A DNA stretch of 64,000 nucleotides. It comes from Eledone cirrhosa. Taxonomy: Eukaryota. Below are positions 58,033-64,000 of this stretch, one piece after another. The notes beneath the pieces were generated by a model. It had not been told where the DNA came from. It worked only from the letters and a program-made list of their open reading frames with translations, and did no database searches. Position 1 is the first letter of the stretch. Each line of letters opens with the position of its first letter. Location of the stretch: the NCBI GenBank assembly GCA_964016885.1, contig OZ024740.1:84506001-84570000 (forward strand). The letters are read 5' to 3'. A program made the position numbers and the translations under genes.

Positions 58033-61000
58033 TCACCCATCTTTCAACAAAATACTGGGAAGAGAGCACTTCCTCTCTACCCTGATTTTCCTTTTCAAAT
58101 GAAATTTGAAAAAGTTAATCAGGGCATTACCGAAGAGGTAAATGCTCGCATTCGGCCCTTTCAAACGTGTCCACCATACTATCTCTTTCGCCATGGCCAC
58201 CAGACAGATAAAATCTGCCTGCCCTTCCCGGCTAAAGGAAGAAGGCGGGGCAATCCTCACGATGGACTCAGCTGATAGCTGGATCCGTCCTACACGTGAC
58301 AGCAGGTGTTCGACACAATGCTCGGACACTGGACACAATGCTCGGACACTGGACGAGTGCGTGCAGGACGGTTTCGTCTCCCTGCTCGCATCTCGGACAT
58401 GCCCGGCTGACGGCACCTCCATGTCTGTAGAGTTTATCCCGAACTGGCAAAGCTCCTTCGTAGCACTGCCAGGCCAGGGATTTATGGAAGTTGTCCATAG
58501 GCCCCGGCCTGAAAGTCCTTCCGAAGAGATTGGCTAGTTGATTTTCGTCGACGCCTAGAGTTTCTCCAAGTACGTCGTCGCTCTTGCCCTCCACTAATCC
58601 TCCATAGAACGCCAAGGTGGAGTTACCACCGATCACATTGCCCGATTGGTCGAGGGCTGTGAGTGCCTGAAGACATTCCAGTCTCCAAGCGCTCTCTCTC
58701 GGTCTTCGCTTGACCCAGGACTGCAGCTCCGTCAAGGAGACGAGCTGGGGAAAGACGTGTCTAGCAAACGGCGACCACACCTGATCACCGTCGAGGAAAA
58801 GGTGGAAATGTCGTGGCCTGAGCGCGTGTCTGCGCATCATCAGCCACGGCATGCCCAGCCCTCCACGTAGCGGGTGTTGACAGCAGATGGACGGCCTGAC
58901 CATCGGAGCGAGTCCCTTCCACAAAAAGCGAAAGAGCAAACGCTCCAGCGCAGTCAGGCGGGGCTTAGGAAAAGGTACGACGGTCAGGCGGTAGTAGATG
59001 ACGGACGCGATGTACGCGTTAGCCACCTCTGCTCGACCTTTCAGGGATAGCTTCCTCTCCGCCCATTTCTGTGTGAGAGAAGCCACCCTGCTCGTCAACT
59101 CGTCCCAATGTTTGTCCGTCTGGAGGTCCGGACCGAACCAGACCCCTAGCAATTTAACCGGTCCGTCCGTCCAGCGCCCGATGATGCTGTTGGACGGCAT
59201 GGACCTGCCTCTCCAGGTGCCGAGCTGCAGGCCCACTGACTTTTCCTGGTTGATCATTGCTCCTGTCACCGCTTCGTATACTCTTAGTGTAGTGCCGATC
59301 ACCTCGATGTGTTTGGCGTTCGACACCACTACGGTGACATCGTCCGCATATGCTGACACGGATCTTCCGCATCCTAGTTCACGCGGGACCCCCCTCAACG
59401 TCTCCAGTTTGTGCAGTAATGGCTCGAGAGTCAATGCGTACAAGAGGGACGGGAGGGGACATCCTTGGCGGACCGAGCGCATGATGTTGAACGGTTCCGA
59501 AAGGTGACCGTTCACTCTCACCACAGAGCAGATGTCGCTGTGCATAGCAGCGATCCAGCCTCTGAAGACGGGCCCAAAGCCAGCCGCCCTCAGGACTGCC
59601 GCTAGGTAACGATGGTCGACCCTATCGAAAGCTTTCGACTGATCTAAATTGATCAAGGACCCACCCGTGCCAGGTTCCCTAGCTACACTCTCTACGATGT
59701 ATCGCATGCGGTAGCGGTTGTCGTGGATGGATCTGTCGGGAATGGCGCATGTCTGCGCCTCTCCCACCAGACCACCAACGACAAGCGCCAACCTCTTTGC
59801 TAGCACCTTGGCCAAAATCTTGAACTCTGTGTTTAGCAATTTTATGGGCCTGAAATTATCTATGTTATCCCCCTTGTTCGGATCCTTTCTCAGCAGCGTC
59901 ACCGCTCCTCGGCTCACAGAGCTGGGAATTCTCCCGTTCTGTTGCCAGTTGCAGAAGACGTCCGCCAAAAGGTCTCCGAACAAGTCTGGCATCTGTACGT
60001 AAAGTTCATAGGGCAGACCATCCAAACCAGGCGATTTACCCCTTGTGCAGCCAGTCATTGCCTCCCGTACTTCAGCCGCTGTTATCGGCTTTTCGCAACA
60101 CTCCGCCTCAGTGTCCGAGAGCCGCGGCAGTCCGTCGAGGTAGACGCGAAAGTCCATCCCTCGATCCTGCCCGCGGCTTACCCCGAACAGCTGTGCGCAG
60201 TGTCGCTGAAAAGCTTCACACATTTGCCCGGGATCGAGTAGCATGCGCCCGCCGTGGTCCACCAAAGACCGGATCGTGGCTTTGTTGCCACGACGCGCCT
60301 CCGCCACTCGGGCCCATTGAACGGCTTTCGTCCCCTCGTGTCTGAGAGCACGCACGCTAGCTCTGACAACGCAGCCTTCGTGATTTGCATTGAAGAATTG
60401 GTCAAGGGCCAATTTCGCCGCAAGTACGTCGGTCGCGATGCCTTTGCTAAGCGCCTCGTCTAATTTTCTAACTAGTTCTCCCTCTGCTCTATTTTTCTCT
60501 ATTGCTAAAGCCTTACTAAACCTAATGGACTCTATTCTAATCGCTATTTTCAGAGCAAACCACCAATTGTTGTTGACGATGGTCCCCGTCAACGCCCGCT
60601 TAACTAGTTCGCTAATCCGGTCTCTGTAGGCCTTGCGCGCTGGTAAAGACGCGTTTAGCTTCCACTAGCCGAGTCCTCGTCTATGAAGCCTATCTTAGTC
60701 AAGCACACAGATCACGAATTTGTGGTACGTGTGGCTGACTATCTTGAATTGTGAACAGCCTATGCTAGAGCTATCTATTTCCTTACAAAATACTCTATCT
60801 AGATATGATCTGGATGACCCTATGCGATTTGTCCAAGTCCACATTAGCACATTGGGGAAATCCAATCGGTACCTGTCAGACAGTTCAAAACGCCTGAGCA
60901 GGTTGGTGAGGCTCTTGCACCCTCCTCCCCTATCCGCTAATCCCACACAGTCCCAGCGTGCATCTAAGATCCCGTTCCAGTCGCCCACTAACACTAAAGA

Positions 61001-61339
61001 GCGGGACGTTCCAAGAAAGGTCTCCAGACGCCGGAAGAAATCAGGCCGCCCTGCTCCTGTCGGGGCATAGACGGCCACTAGCCTGAAAGCTTGCCCGTCT
61101 CCGCTGGTCACGTCCAGCACCACCAACTTACCTTCTGGGTCCAGAAAGATGGCCGGTATGGCGAGATCGCCGGTATAGCCGCCGAAGATCGGTGCGAAGG
61201 TCCGTGCTTCGGAGATTCTGGTCTCGCTGATGGCCACTACATCTATGTTTAGTGACCTGAGGTCGTTGAGCAGGTGTCCCTGCTTCCATGACTACCCCAA
61301 GCCACGCGCATTTATGCTGCCTATTCTGAGTGAGGTCAT
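58033..61339 (-). pseudogene. ORF2 APE endonuclease + RT + C-terminal Cys/His domain, with stop and frameshifts
   Basis: INARGLG, AISET, VYAP, VGDWN, YLDRVF, KSPGLDG, LDQSKAFDRV, VRQGCPL, YADD, CPRC..ETVLH...C; 20-bp tandem duplication 58312-58351 shifts the frame. Confidence 0.93.
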
Positions 61340-61651
61340 GTTGAAATGGAGTGGAAAAGATGGGAAAGACTTCTTACCTTACTTCTCGTGGAGGAAGGAT
61401 GGTTACTCCATCCTTTTCACTGCTTGTAGCCGCCTCCGGAAGGATGACCTCATAAATCCTCCTGGAGAGTGCTTGTCAGAAGTCTCCGATGTCTTTGGGG
61501 AATTTTTGTTTTAGTGTCGTGTACGTTTTCTGTGTGATGCGAGTGATTTGTATGTGTGGATGTGGTGTGAACTTTTGGGGTGTTGTCTAGTCTTTTTCTG
61601 TGATGCTGGTGTTGTGTTGGATGTAGTGTAATAATTGGTTGTTGTTCAAAT

Positions 61652-61760
61652 TTAATTGTTTTTACTTTAGGCACAAGGCCAGTAATTACCCAGTACATTA
61701 CTGTTACTTTATTTTATCGACCCCGTAAGGATGAAAGGCAAAGTTAACCTCGGCGGAATG
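61652..61760 (-). mobile_element. SINE 3' half inserted in the LINE inter-ORF/ORF1 tail
   Basis: Reverse complement of core GCCTTTCATCCTTACGGGGTCGATAAAATAAAG. Confidence 0.85.
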
Positions 61761-61966
61761 CTGTGTAGTGTGTATCGTTTTGGTTGTTTTGTTTTGTTTG
61801 CGTTTGTTGTGGGTTTGTTTCTGTTTCGCTTTTTGTTGACTTTTGTGGTGTTTGTGATGGTGGTGTTGGGTTTAATGATGGTGGTGATGTTGGTCTTTTT
61901 GGTGATGGGGTTGGTGATGCTGGTGTGGATGGTGGCATAGCTGTCCTAACTTTTTTGTTTGATAGT

Positions 61967-63189
61967 TTATTTGTTTCCCTCTGTATTTTCTTTTTGGAGG
62001 GGGAAGGAAGAGGATTTTTTTCTTTTTTGGCTTCTTTTTCTTTTTTTCTTTTTTCCTGATACCGTTTCCCACTCTTCGTCGTCACAATCTGTCTCCAGTT
62101 GCGATAGGTCGGGGAGTGGAAAATCCTCCGCAGGCGTTGGTTTAGGTTGTGGCGTGGTGGATGGTGTAGGCGCTGGTGCTAGTTCTGGCGCGTTGGGTGG
62201 TGGTGTTGGTTTTGCTACTGTTGTTGGGGTTGTTGCTGTTACAATTGCTTCTGTTGTTGCTGCTACAGTTGTTGCTGCCATTTCTGCTGCTGGTGGTGTT
62301 GATGGTTGAGTCACTGGGGTGGGTAAGTGAGGTAGCCTCAACCTTTTAGCCTGAGGGCAGAAAGCCCTTAGGTGGGTTCCTTCGCCACAAACGACACACC
62401 TAGGTCTTCTTCCCTCGACGAATACGGTGAGGTGGCTGCCGTCATAGAGGTCTATTACCTCTGGGATCTCCTCAATGCTTTTTTGGTCCGCTTGGGTCAG
62501 GAGCTCCATCCCAGATCCGAACCAGTTCTCCTGCTTTTCTTTCGCTATTTCGATTATCTTGGTGTTGGCCTCGATGCCAGCGAAGACGGCAGCCATTAGC
62601 CAGGGAATTTCGATAGCCGGTGGAACGTGGGTCACCCTGATCTTCACGAGTCTCTGGCCACAATAGCTTGGGACGAGTGTGAAGTCGTCACTTCTTAATG
62701 GGCTCATGGAGTGTTCTCTAGCCTCCTCTGATGTTTCAAAGAACACGTCTACGGTTCCATACGTCTGCCCACGTCTGATGTGGGTTTTTCTTTCCCACAC
62801 ATGTCCCAAAGCTTTTTGGATTTGGGACTCGGATGCCCGTTCCACTCGGCGCGATTTTATGTTAATCGTCCGATAAGACATGGTGCATAGGCGCCGATGC
62901 TCCATTTTATTAGGTGGGGGCTGAGTCTGACCCTGTACCCTTCTTTCTTTACCATTCTCTTGGCTTCATCTAGTTCCTCCTGAGTTACCTGGATTGCTTC
63001 GCACTTTTTTGCTACTCTGGCAAAAGACAGAGTGGTTTTCTTATTCTTATTGTTGTTATTGCTGTTGTTGTTATCGTTATTTTTGTTATTGTTATTTTTA
63101 GTTTCAGTTGTAGTGGTGGTGGCGTCAGTGGTGTTCGGTGTAGAAGAGTCCATTCTAGTCCATTCTGGGTGAATCCATTTCGATATCAC
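61967..63189 (-). pseudogene. LINE ORF1 (RRM-like region + CX2CX4HX4C knuckle + P/T-rich tail), frameshifted near 62880
   Basis: SFARVAK, RCVVCGEGTHLRAFCP, EWETVSGKKKKRK. Confidence 0.85.
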
Positions 63190-63633
63190 GAGATAATTTA
63201 TTTTTTCTTTTGTTTCTGTTGTCGCTGTGGTGGGGGTGGGGTGGCTGCTTCAACACCTGTAGTCATTGGTAATGGCGGGAAATGAATGTTTGCATGAGAC
63301 AAATTTAAATTATTGCTACTTCTTATATTTTTAGTGTTGGCAAACGTAGTAACATTTACAATGGTGGTGTCGGTGTGAGGTGTTATTTTGTGAGGAAGGT
63401 GTGACTGTGAGTTGTCCATGATTTTTTCAAAGAAATTTTTGTTTGATAATTATAAAAGTTTAAATTTTGGGCTCAAGACCCCAATCATTTTGAGTGTCCT
63501 TTTCAGAAAACAATGTATGTGCACTTATATACAGTTAACAATAAAAAAAATGTCCATAAATGGCAATTTTAAACAACTGAAAACAACAAACCTTTGCGGA
63601 ACTCACGATAATACGATTTCCTACGTAAGTCGC

Positions 63634-63655
63634 CAATAATAATAATAATTATAAC

Positions 63656-63700
<45 letters not shown>
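63634..63700 (+). repeat. (AAT)n microsatellite
   Basis: Direct reading. Confidence 0.95.
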
Positions 63701-63701
<1 letters not shown>

Positions 63702-64000
63702 GGGAAGGAAGACACACGTGGTGGATAGAAAGTCGTGAAATCGCTCCTGTAAGTTTTGAATTTTTAACATATTTAAATCATTTGTGAAATAACAATTCTT
63801 AGTACAAATGTTACGTAAAGCATCTGGCTTGAGCCCCAAAAAAATTCGGACCCAAAATATATTGTTATAAGGCTCAAATATTCAACTTTGTATTGTACAT
63901 TGTATATTCAAAAAAGAAAATGGCTATAAATGGAAGAAGAAGAACCCCCCCCCCTCCTCTGTCTACACTATATAGAACAGCCAAACAACAGCAATTTCAC

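Larger units (their letters stand above)
57703..63420 (-). mobile_element. Near full-length L1/Tx1-clade LINE (ORF1 + ORF2), (ATT)n at 3' end; 5' end uncertain (may extend to ~63630)
   Basis: ORF1 with CCHC knuckle, ORF2 APE-RT-Zn, U-rich 3'UTR. Confidence 0.93.

Overview
AT-rich eukaryotic (metazoan) repetitive DNA with no recognisable host gene. The SINE family and the (TA)n/(CA)n/(AAT)n load resemble cephalopod (octopus) DNA, which is an inference. The window is dominated by Penelope-like elements (PLEs). Six copies carry RT and/or GIY-YIG coding sequence: three Naiad-type (one with an uninterrupted 645-aa ORF), two Neptune-type and one unassigned. About 25 short non-coding pLTR-like, fold-back or tandem units lie almost all between (TA)n tracts. 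Also present are a near full-length L1/Tx1-like LINE, CR1-like and RTE-like fragments, a decayed mariner with a related MITE, and about 10 tRNA-derived SINEs. By-eye folding finds roughly 30 type I hammerhead ribozyme motifs. At least four unrelated families have a compensatory U3-A8 core (UUGANAA instead of CUGANGA), two have U4C cores, and several carry ~70-110 nt inserts in stem II. ORF-less 475-617 bp tandem units resemble retrozymes. A recurring RCTC...GAGY hairpin lies between the ribozyme and the 3' (TA)n junction across divergent families. All structures were assigned manually and none has been tested computationally or biochemically.
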